This document shows positions 23,201 to 35,200 of a DNA stretch of 45,899 nucleotides, one piece after another. Below the pieces are notes generated by a model. That model did not search any database. It saw only the letters and a program-made list of their open reading frames with translations, and was not told where the DNA came from. A program made the position numbers and the translations under genes. Origin of the DNA: Chiloscyllium plagiosum (lineage: Eukaryota); contig NC_057749.1 in NCBI RefSeq assembly GCF_004010195.1, forward strand, positions 11,259,523-11,305,421. The letters are read 5' to 3'. How positions within the stretch are numbered: position 1 is the stretch's first letter; each line of letters opens with the position of its first letter.

Positions 23201-26200
23201 CAAACTCTGAAACCAAAGAGGATGAGAACAGCACAATTTCCAAGTGAGACATTCACTCTGTAGCATCAGATATTTGAAACGTTACCATTTCCCAGCATAG
23301 TCTTCAGCAAGAATTGCAACCATGCGTTCCAGTGATCCCAGCACAGCACGATGAATGATAACTGGGCGGCTTTCATTTGTTCCATCTTTACTATAGAAAA
23401 CAGGAAAGTGAACCAGCAACAGCATGACAAAATTAATGGCTTTTTCCACAATTTCAGGCAACCCCTCCTCAATCTCTTTATTGTCAAGCTTCTCTGAAGT
23501 CACTGATCTTACTGTGATACTGGTCAATAGGAGTCGCTATTAACTAAAAGCTCAATCAAGTCACTATTATTCATACAAACTCGAGCTACTTACATATCAC
23601 TCCAAGCTGGCAACAACAGAGTAGCAGCATTCAGGCCTGGGTCATGAGCATGGATCTCATCCATTTCTTCTTTTCTTCCCCTCTTTGTTTCACCTTTGCT
23701 GTCTTATTCTATTCTGTTCTGGAAGCACTGGTCCTCTAAGAGTTTTAGGAGTATCAGTGGCAGTCCCCTTCACAGTGGACAGCAGCAGTTCCTTCCCAGA
23801 GTGTCAGAAGCCTGGGGGGGCGGAGGTGGTGGCTCCTCACCAGAGGAGTTGGCAGTCAGGGGAATAATTCCTTCTCGGAGCACAGCAGCCAGGGGGATGC
23901 GGTTCTTTCCCAAAGCGTCATCAGCCGGGCGGGGGTGCAGTTCCTCACTGGAGCGTCAGCAGGAGCATAGTTCAGTACCCAACTGCTTCGGTGGCAGCTG
24001 CGTTGCTGAGATTTGCCCAGCGCAGACATTTGGCAACAGTACAGTGGAGGTAAGGTAGCGTTAAAGAATGGAGACACCATTCCAGCAGCTGTGATGCAGA
24101 TCCATACCATGGCTGGTCCTGGCTACCTGACAGCAGAGGTCGTGGTGTTCTCGCTGCACTGGCACGCAGGTTCTTGTGGCACCTGAGCCCTCCTAGACTG
24201 AAGGATGGACTTTGTGGCTTTGCTTTGCTGGTGGAGGACTCATGGTAGAGGCAGGGAAGTGATCTAGACATTGTTTCCTTTTGGCTGTTTCTTTAATTTC
24301 TGCTTCTGTTTTCAATTCTGTCTTCAATATTCTACAATGATGCCAGAGAATGGCGACTATGTATACTTTTCATTGTACTCCTGTATTCCTGTACTCAAGT
24401 ACATATGACAATAAAATCTAAATCTCTAGGTACAGCATCTCATCAAATCTGATCCAACTCTAACATGTGACTTCTTATAAAAGTTGTTAAATTGATTTGT
24501 AGCAAGAGCTAACTGATCTCCTCCATGCCCAATAAAAGCCAAGGAGAGTTCCAACAGCCTAACTATTGTCCAACTTACAATCAGCATACCTAGCAAAGAG
24601 AAGAATTTGAATTGTCCAGTCTGTAAAGCTTGATCTTATATTATGTAATTACCTACAGAGTAACTGTTGCACCAGTTAACCCTACAGTGTGCAGACATTA
24701 CAGATGGGAAATCAAAGACAAAATTCTGAGAAGTCACAATATCAAAGCTGTACTCACCTAACATACGCTAGGTTAAACTGAATGGGCAGCTGGAAATCCA
24801 GCTGAATTGTGGCACATTGATGGTATCGGCCTAGAGCATCCTTTATCTCAATGTCGATCTGCGGTGAATCAGAGAATTAGAAAATACATGGAAGGCTTGA
24901 GGGGATAAAAACATACTGCGTTAATACGCTATACTAACCTTTGGTCCATAAAATGCTCCATCTCCAGCACTCAGTCGCCACTGCTCATCAAATGCATTCA
25001 AACAGCACTCCAACTGCTAAACCACAAGAAATAAAAACATGAAACTCAGTATTAATTTACAGCTTATTTTACTGATACATTTGTTTAAAACTGGTCTTTC
25101 ACAGAGTTCATCTCACTGGAGATCAGAAATTCATGTAGGACAATGTACATTGTCCTGATGTCAGCATCAATTTTGCTGGGACCATGAGTTAAAAACAGAA
25201 TAAGTTGTCTCTACAATGTCACTCCCAAGGTGGATAGCAAGAGTGCAGAAAGGAGAGTTCATATTTATTGTGCTGCAAGAAACAGCTTCCTTTTCAATTG
25301 GGGACATGATAGCTTAGAAATGTGGAATTGGTTTTATCAAGACAGTTTTGGTTTGAAAGGCTCTCTATAAAAACTAAACACAGTCTCCTTGTTGCAAGAC
25401 TGAGAAAAATAGTGATTTCATCCACATGCAGTTGATGTCAAGCCAACTCACCATCTGCACCAATTATTCTTTCCATGATTAGCCAATAGTCCAGCAACCA
25501 CTTGCCTTTTCTGCCTGATTCCACAAATGCAGATCGCCCAGAAACTTTTCTGGTCGTGTGGAAAGAATGTACTGGAAACTGAAGCCAAACACTCCATACA
25601 CTGAGCGGACAAAGTCCAGACATTCACTTATCTCCTCATCAATCTATAAAAGGAGAAGGAAGATAAGAATAGACACCAAATCCAAACCAATAAAGTAAAA
25701 CAGAAACAGGGAGTATTGGATAAGTCAACTGCTTTTAATGGCCATTGTTTTTATTTTTCTGTATTTCCAACTGTGGACTGAAATGGGAAAAGAACTGCTT
25801 GAAAAACAAAGCAAGCAATCTGACACTCATTGTAAATACATAACCGCTGGCTCTAGCAAAGAAAGATGGTTTGCAGATGAACTGGAGCCAAAGGCGGCAT
25901 ACAATTGTTGATTCAGCCAGTAACAAACAGTTGTTTAATCTGCGGATCAGTGATCAGTTATCAATGAAAAAGGTCATCTTCCTAACATACCAACTGTGAG
26001 ATTGGGGGAGATCTCATGTAGCTGAACTGTTTAGGGCTGTGAACAAGATAGCGAAAAGTCTTCCGATCTCCATTGGCTCAGGAGTTCTCTCTATTCTCTA
26101 TAGTCAAAATGTCTTTAAGCTTGAAGAAAACCAGTTACATTATCTTCAGTTTCTGTAAGCTTTTACTTTTAACTAATACATCAAAACTTCAAAAAGTCAG

Positions 26201-29200
26201 CACATTCAAGTATTGTCCCCGACAATGATAGTCATCCCTTAAGGAGAATAATTTCAGATCAAAAAATAGATATTATAAAAGCATAAGATATTGGAGCAGA
26301 ATTAGGCCATTCGACCCATTAAGTCTGTTCTGACACTTGAGCATGGTTGATGTGTTTCTCAACTGCATCTCATGCCTCCTTCCTGTAACTCTTGAGCTCC
26401 TTACCAATCAAAAACCTACCTATCTCTATCTTAAATACACTCAACAATTTGGCCTACACAGCCCTCTGCAGAAATGAGTTAACAGATTAACTACCCTCTG
26501 TCTGATGAAATTCCTAATCTATAGAAATTCACCAAAGACCCTCAGACAGCACCTTCTAAATCCATTATCACTTCCAACTAGAAGGACAAGAGCAGCAGAT
26601 GTATGGGAACACTACCACTATCAAGTTCCTTCCAAGCCACTCACCATCCTGACTTGGAAACATATCACCGTTCCTTCTAGGTCGCTGGGTCAAAATCCTG
26701 GAATTCCCCCTCTAATGGCATTTTAGATCAACCCACAGCAAATGGACTGCAGCGGTTCAAGGCAGCAGCTCACCACCACCTTCTCAAGGACAACTACGGA
26801 TGGACAATAAATGCTGGCCAGCTAACAACACCCATATCACACAAATGAATAAAGAAAAAAAAAATCTCAGTTCTAAAGTCACACCCTTCACTCGGAGGCT
26901 GTGCCCTCCAGTCCTGGTCAATCATACTAGTGAAAACGTCTTTTCCACATTGAAACTTAGAGAATACTGAGGGGCCTGGATAGAATCTAGTCCTTAATGA
27001 TGGACTCTAAAATCTTACTAATGACCAAGGCCAGGCTAACTGGCTTACAGTTTCCTGTCTTCTGCCTCCCTTCCTTCTGTTACCACACGGCAGTGAATCC
27101 TTCTGTTAAATTAAATCAAACACCCGAGAAAGCTCACCTCGCCTCGTAATCTGTTAAAGCATGAGTGACAGAGTACTCCCAAATTCCACTATTTAAAGAG
27201 AATACCAATTTATTCTCTAAAAGTGAGCATTAAACAACAACTGTTAACAACACTAAATTTGCTTTATCTTAACTGCTTATTATCTGCCTCCAACGCTATA
27301 CTGTTCCAATAAAACTCTTATTAAAATTACATCAACTTAATTTCAAAACCATACAGCAGCTGTTCTCTTTGAAGTCTTTCTTCCTTCGGTTGAAGATCTC
27401 TCTGGATCTTCTGCTTTCGGTTACTGCGAATATGTTTCATTTGAAAAGATCCCTTTGATAGGGAGGGTTTTGATGACAGTTACTCTGTTGATGGCAGTTA
27501 CTCTGTCTGACTTTAAAAATGCCTGCCTTTTTCTACCCCCAATATCGGATCACCTCATTGGTTCGAGATTAGCAAAACAATAATTTCAAGCTCAACTGGC
27601 TTTTGGTATCCTGAGGCATAATTAAAAACTGATTGGTTAAATTCAAATTGTTGTCAAAACAGCAACCAACTCAGGTATCCATTTCACAGCCAAATGTTAC
27701 ATATTTTCAATTTTCCAGTACACTCCGAGACTGCTAGCTAGTCATATAACAGGTGCTTGTACAATCTCAGTGAAAAACAGCATTTACTCTCTCATAAAGA
27801 ACAAAGGAAATTTACAGCCCAGGAACAGGACCTTCGGCCCCGAAAGCTTGAGCCAACCCAAATCCACTGTCTAAACCTATCCTAAGCATCTGCATTCTTC
27901 TGCTCCCCACTCACTCATGCATCTGTCCAGATGCACCTGAAATGAATTATCATGCCTGTCTCTACTACTTCTGCTGGCAACGTGTTCCAGGCACCTACCA
28001 CCCTCTGTGTAAATTACTGGCTGCATGTTTCCCCTTAAACTTTTCTCCTCTCACCTTGAATGCATGACCTCTCATTGAGTCTCTCACCTTGGGAAAAAGT
28101 TTATCTCTATCCAACCTGTCCACAAACAGTCCTAACCTACTCAACCTCTCTTCATAGCTAGCACCTTTCATACCAGGCAACATCCTCGAACATTCTCTGC
28201 ATCCTCTCCAAAGCGTCCACATCCTTTTAGTAATGTGGCGACCAGAACTGCACACAGTATTCTAAATGTGGCCAAAACAAAGTCTTGAACAATTTTAACA
28301 TGACCTGCCAGCTCTTGTACTCCATAACCCGTCTAATGAAGGCAAGCATACCATATGCCTTCTTGACCATTCTATCCACCTGTGCAGCAACCTTCAGGGT
28401 ACAATGGACGTGAACTCCCAGATCTCTCTGCTCATCAACTTTTCCCAAGGCTTTTTCACTTACTGTATAGTTCGCTCTAGAATTTGACTTCCCAAAACGC
28501 ATCACCTCACATTTGCCTGGATTGAACTTTATTTGCCACTTCTCTGCCCAACTCTCCAGTCTATCTATATCCTCCTGTATTTTTTGACAGTCCTCTATGC
28601 TTTCTGTTACTCCACCAATCTTAATGTCAAACGCAAGCTTACTGATCAGACCACCAATGCCCTCTTTCAGATCATTTATGTATATCACAAACAACAGTGG
28701 CTCCAGCACTAATCCCTGTGGAACACCACTGGTCACCTTTCTCCACTTCAAGAAACTCACTTCAACTACTACTGTGTCTCTTTATCCACCTAGTTAGAAC
28801 ACCTTGTACAGCATGTGACGTCACTTTTTCCATTAGTTTACCATGGGGAACCTTATCAATCGCCTTACTAAAGTCCATTTATATGACATCTACATCCTTT
28901 CCTTCAACATCAACTTGGTCACTTCCTCAAAGAACTCTAGTAAGTTGGTAAGGCACAATCTCCCCCACACAAAACAATGTTGCCTATCACTGATAAGCCT
29001 ATTCTATTCCAATTATGAATAGATCCTATCCTATTTGTGGGCGGCACGGTGGCACAGTGGTTAGCACTGCTGCCTCACAGCGCCTGAGACCCGGGTTCAA
29101 TTCCCGCCTCAGGCGACTGACTGTGTGGAGTTTGCACATTCTCCCCGTGTCTGCGTGGGTTTCCTCCGGGTGCTCCGGTTTCCTCCCACAGTCCAAAGAT

Positions 29201-32200
29201 GTGCAGGTCAGGTGAATTGACCATGCTAAATTGCCCGTAGTGTTAGGTATGGGGTAAATGTAGGGGTATGGGTGGGTTGCGCTTCGGCGGGGCGGTGTGG
29301 ACTTGTTGGGCCGAAGGGCCTGTTTCCACACTAAGTAATCTAATCTAGTCAGTACCTTCTCCAGCAACGTTCCCACAACAGATGTCAGACTCACTGGTCT
29401 ATAGTTATCTGGAATATCCCTACTACCCCCGACAGGGGAACAATATTAGCAACTCTCCAGTCCTCTGGCACTTCACCTGTGTTTAAGGATGCTACCAAGA
29501 TATCTGATCAGGGCCTCAACTATTTCCTCTCTTGCTTCCCCCAGCAACATGGGATCGATCCCATCCTCTCTCCTTATGTCAACATGGTCCAGAATAAACA
29601 AACTTCTATTTCTAATCTCAACATTTATCATGTCCCTCTCCTCAGTGATGCAAAGTAATCATTCAGAATCTCACTTATTTTCTCAAGTTCAACACACAAC
29701 CTTCCTTCCCTATCCTTTAGTGGACCAACTTTTTCTCTAGTTACCCTCTTGCTTCTTATATATGAATAAAAGACCTTGGGATTCTCCTTAATTTTGCTCA
29801 CTAAAGTTATTTCATGACCCCTTTTAACCCACTTGATTCCTAGTTTAAGATTGGCCCTACTCTCCTGATATTCCTCCAAAGCTTGTTCTGTTCTTAGCTG
29901 CCTGGACCTTATGTGCACTTCCCTTTTCCTCTTGGCTAGTCGCACAATTTCTCCTGTCATCCATGGTTCACAAAACTTGCCTTTCCTTTCTCTTGTTTTC
30001 AAAGGAACATGCCTATCCTGCACTATCTTTAACCTATCTTTGAAAGCCTCCCACATATCAAATGTGGACTTCCCTTCGAATAGCTACCCCCAATCCACAT
30101 TTCCCAGCTGCTGCCGAATTTAGATATAATTGGCCTTGGCCCAGTTTAGTACTTTTCCCTTAGGACCACTCTTGTCTTTGTCTATGAGTATTCTAAAACT
30201 TACAGAATTGTGGTTACTATTCCCAAAGAAATCCCCCATTGCAACTTCTACCACCTGGCTGGCTTATTCCCCAACACCAGGTCCAATATGACCCCTTCCC
30301 TAGTTGGACTTTGACATACTGCTCTATAAAACTTTCTTGGATGCTCCTTACAAAGTCTGCCCCATCCAGACCTCTGACACTAAGTGCATCCCACTCATTG
30401 TTGTGAAAATTAAAATCTCCCATCTTCACCACCCTGTTGCCTCTACATCTTTCCATAATCTGTTTACCTATTTGTTCTTCTATCTCATGCTCACTGTTAG
30501 GAGGCCTGTCGTACAGCCCCAACAATGTAACTGCACCCTTCTTATTTCTCAACTCTACACATAATGCCTCACTGCTCAAGCCCTCCATAGTGTCCTCCTT
30601 TAGCACAGCTATGAAATCATCCCTGACCAGCAATGTAACTCCTCCACCCCTCCCCCCCACATCCTGCCTGAAGCATCTATATCCTGGAACATTTAGTTGC
30701 CAGTCATGCCCTTCCTTCAACCAAGTCTCTGTGATCGCGATAACGTCATATTCCCATGCACCAATCCAAACCCTAAGTTCGTCTGCCTTATCCACTATAT
30801 TCCTTGCATTAAAGCATATGCACTTCAGACCACCAGTTCCTTGGCGTCCATCTACTCTCTGCCTACTTTCTCCTTGATAATGCTAACTTCATGATCCTGT
30901 TCCTTACAGTCTCTAGTTTCCACCTCACTGTCTACTAGCCTTCTTTTCTGATTCCCAGCCCTGTGCCACATTAGTTTAAACCGTCCCCAACAGCAGTAGC
31001 AAAAATTCCCCCAAGGACATTAGTCCCAGTCTGGTTCAGGCATAGACCATCTAATTTGTACTGGTCCCACCTTCCCCAGAACCGGTCCCAATGTTTCACA
31101 AATCTGAACCCCTCCCTCCTACAGCATCCCTCAAGCCACGTGTTCATCCTGCCTATTCTTTCATTTCTACCCTGGCTAGCACGTGACACTGATAGCAATC
31201 TGAGATCACTACCTTTGAGGTCCTCCTCTTTATTTCTCTCCTAGCTTCCTGAATTCTGCTTTCAGGACCTCATCTCTTTTTTTACTTATATCATTGGTGC
31301 CTTATATGCACCATGACAACTGGCTGTTCACCCTCCCCTTTCAGAATGCTCTGCAATCGATCGGTTACATCCCCGAACAGAGCACCTGGGAGGTACAGTA
31401 CAAGCCTTCAGCTTCAAAACATTTCTTAAATCAAGAATGATAAATTATCCATATTCCAGTCTTTTGTGATCCTCCCTGACTCCAGTGATTACTGAATGAA
31501 CACCACCAATGCCTCTACAATCTCCTCAGCTACCTCCTTCAGAACACTGGGGTGTAGCCCATTCGGTCTGGGTGATATAGCCATCTTCAGATCTTTCAGC
31601 TTCCCCAACACCTTCTTCTTACTGACGGTCACTACACTCACCTCTATGCAGCCTGTCTTGAAGTTCCAGTATGCTGCTGATATTTTCCACTGTGAAAACT
31701 GATGCAAAGTACCTATTCTGTTCCCCACTACTATTTCTCCAGCCTCATTTTCCAGCAATCCATCAATGAGCATTCTTGCCTCTCTCTTACCTTTTAGATA
31801 AAGAAAACTCCTGCAATCTCCTTTTATACTACTAGCTACGTTGCCCTCCTATTTCATCTTCTCTCCTCCTTGATGCTCTTTTAATTGTCCTCTGTTGGTT
31901 TTCTGGCTTCCCATTAGTTTTCATCACACCCCGATCTCCCTTGTCAGTCATGATTGACTCATGCTCCCTTTAGTATGTTTCTTCTTCATTGGGATGAATT
32001 CTGCCATGCCCCAGAAACCCTTGCCATTACTACTCCACCATCTTCCCTACTGGGTTCCCTTTCCAATCAACTCAGGCCATGTCCTCGTTCATCTCTTTGT
32101 AGTTACCTTTACTCAATTGTAATACCATTACATCAAATGCAAACTTTTCCCTCTCAAACTGCAGGGTGAATTCCATCATATTATAGTCACTGCCCTCTGG

Positions 32201-35200
32201 GTTTCCTTCACCTTAAACACCTAATCAGGTCTGCCTCATTACGTCACCAAATCCAGAATTGTCTCTCTCTCTCACAAGCTGCTCCCAAAAACCATCTCAT
32301 AGACATTCCACAAATTCCTTTTCTGGAGATCTGCTACTAATCTGATTTTCCCAGTCTACCTCCGTATCAAAGTCCCCATGGTGATTATAATAGTGCCTTT
32401 CTTACACACCTTTTCAACTCCTGATTTATTTCATCTCCTGGGGAGGTGATGGCCCAGTGGTATTATAGTGCTAGTGTTGATTCAGAGACCCAGAGAATGT
32501 TCAGGGGATCTGGGCTTGAATCCCACCATTAGATTCAATAGAAAACCTGGATTTAAGGGTCAAATGATGGCCAAGAAACAATTGTCAGTTGTCAACAAAA
32601 CCGATATGGTTCGCTAAGATTCTTTAGGGAAGGAAACTGCTGTCCTTATCTGGTCTGGCTTACATGTGACTCCAGACCTCTAGTAATGTGGTTATTCTTA
32701 ACTGTCCTGTGTTATTATAGATGGGCAATAAATGCTGGCCTACTCAGTAATACCCACTTAAAATGAATGATAAAAGAAAATTCTTCCCTACATACTGACT
32801 ACTGCTAAGAGGCCTGTACACAATTCCGATCAGAGGTTTTTCCCTTTATGGCTCTATCTATGTTATATATATGTATATTATATATATGTATATTATATAG
32901 AGTCGGAAGGCATAAATCTCACTTCTTGCTATTGATTTAATTCCATTTCTTACTGGAAAGGTAACCCTGCCCATCTGCCCGTCCTTTCAGTAGGACGTGT
33001 CCTTGGATACCCAGCTGTGATCCTTGCAGCCATGTCTGTGATACCCACAACATTGTACCTGCCAATTTTTAAACTGCGATACAAGTTCATTTGTCTTGTT
33101 TCATATACTCCATGCATTCAACACCCTCAGTCCAGAGGCTCACTGCCCTCTCCTTCTCATACTTGTCCCTTTACCTGCTTTGGTTGAAGTTAGATTCCTG
33201 ACACTTTCACTACCCTCTGTCCTATTACTTATTCAAATTCAACTAAAGTTCAACTGTTACTCAAGTTATAAGGGGCCATATCTTATTCAGATTAAAAAGG
33301 GGAATGAGATTAGAATGTAACATTTCACTCACCTGCTCTACCATACAGAAGATGTGAGCATCATCCTGTTCGAACCGGCGTACTCTGCTTAATCCTGTTA
33401 AGGTGCCTGAAAACTCATTCCGATGAAGAACCCCAAAGTCAGCTAATCGCAAAGGGAGCTCACGCCAAGATCGTGGACGATGGTCAAACATCAAACTGAA
33501 ACAAACAGTATTTTAAGCATTCTGGCACTACCGGTCTGATACGTCACTTCTCATGGGAACCAAATCTCCCATTATGTCTGAAACGGATCTATCCAAATTC
33601 ACAGAGAAGATTCAGTATTGGTGTTATTGGGCTCAGTCCCCAGTATCCCACTGGTATTATGGAGCTGTTGGTATAAATTGGATATATGATGCAGAAACAG
33701 GCCTAGCTCAATCACCAATCTTAGTGAATTTGCTTTAATCAAGCCTCCTTCATCTTTCCTCATCCAAATCTACAATATGCAACTATTTTCTTCGCCCCCA
33801 TGTTTGTCCTGCTTCCCCTAAAATACATAAATTATACACTCAACCACTCCCTGTGATACCTGTAAATTCTTACCACTCTTTCTGAATTCTATATTAGATT
33901 TCTTAATGACAGTCTTAGATTGACGACCTTTATTATGTGTTTCCACATAAGAGAAAACTGTCTTTTTCAAACCTCTCATAACGTTAATTGCTTCCATTTG
34001 GTTTTTGTTCAGCCTTTTTTTTTAAAAACAGAAACCCATCTGATCTCATTTTCCTGATGTCGACCCACACGTTTATTATCAACCTTATGAATGGTCTCTG
34101 TTCCTTTTCTCGTGCCTTCTTTTGCATAATGTGCCAACCACTCCGCACTCAGGACTTTTACATGATCTAGCCAGGAATTGATGCAGGTTGGGGAGACAAT
34201 GGCACAGTGGTATTATCACTGGACTATTAATCCAGAAACTCAGCTAATGTTCTCAGGATCTGGGTTCAAATCCCACCACAGCAGATGGTGGAATTGAAAT
34301 TAAGAATCTATGATGACCATGAAATCATAGTCAGTTGCTGGAAAAACTCATCTGGTTCTTTAATGAAATCTGCAATCTGGCCTACATGCGAATCCAGAGT
34401 CACAGCAGTGTGGTTGATTCTCAAATGTCCTCCTTAATGATATAGCAAGTCACACAGCTGTATTAATCACAAAATCTCAAAGAAATGAAACTGGACATAC
34501 CACCTGACATCAACATAGGCAGCAGAAAAGACAACAGCACAAACAGCGCTGCTGACTCTGCAAAATCCTCCTTACTAACATCGGGGGGGGGGGGGCGCGG
34601 GCGAGCGCCAAAATTGAGAGTTGTCTCACAGACTAGTCAAGCAACATTAATCAAATCTGAAGAAAGCATCTTCCAAACCCATGACCACTTCCATATAGTA
34701 GTACAAGGGCAATAGATACATGGGAATACCACCAACTGCAAGTTTCCCTCCAAGCCACTCACCATCCTGACTTGGAAAATATTGCCATTTTTCAGTGTCT
34801 CTGGATAAAAATCCTGGAATTCCCTCCCTAATGGCAATGTGGGTCAACCCACAGTGTGTGGACTGAAGCAGTTCAAGCAGTAGCTCACCACCAGCTTCTC
34901 ATGGGCAACTAGGGACAGGTAATAAATGCTAGCCGGTCAGCAATGCCCACATCCCACAAAAGAGTATGCAATTTCCAAATAATAAGGGTTTGTTAAATGG
35001 GCGTAACCTATAGTACAACCTTTAATATTTGTACGGAGGTCTCTTTTACCCTCTCTACTCCACCTACATTTACATCTTATCAGTGACCTCCACATTCTTT
35101 CTACTAAAATGCACTTGCTCACATTTAGTGTTGAACCTTTTTTGGCAATTATTAGCCTGTTCTGTTATAGAGGGTGTGTTCTTGTATTGCAGTATCTGAC

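Larger units (their letters stand above)
27078..31421. mobile_element. Solo LTR (second family) split by a CR1 insertion (pieces 27078 to ~27797 and ~31392-31421)
   Basis: TGTTAC...AAAACA termini with CTTC/TTTC flanks; start resembles 43711-44180, which adjoins Gypsy pol. Confidence 0.6.
26281..33260 (-). mobile_element. Old CR1 LINE fragmented by nested insertions (pieces ~26281-26520, 26865-27077, 31422-32438, 32781-33260)
   Basis: 3' tail cataagatattggagcagaattaggcc; [23 protein letters not shown]; host ccttc|ttaaa rejoins across the LTR. Confidence 0.6.

Noticed and set aside
29039..29110. tRNA gene suggested by A and B boxes (also at 37280-37353, 32440 and 34190)
   Set aside because: These are SINE heads continuing into SINE bodies, with no full cloverleaf or terminator.
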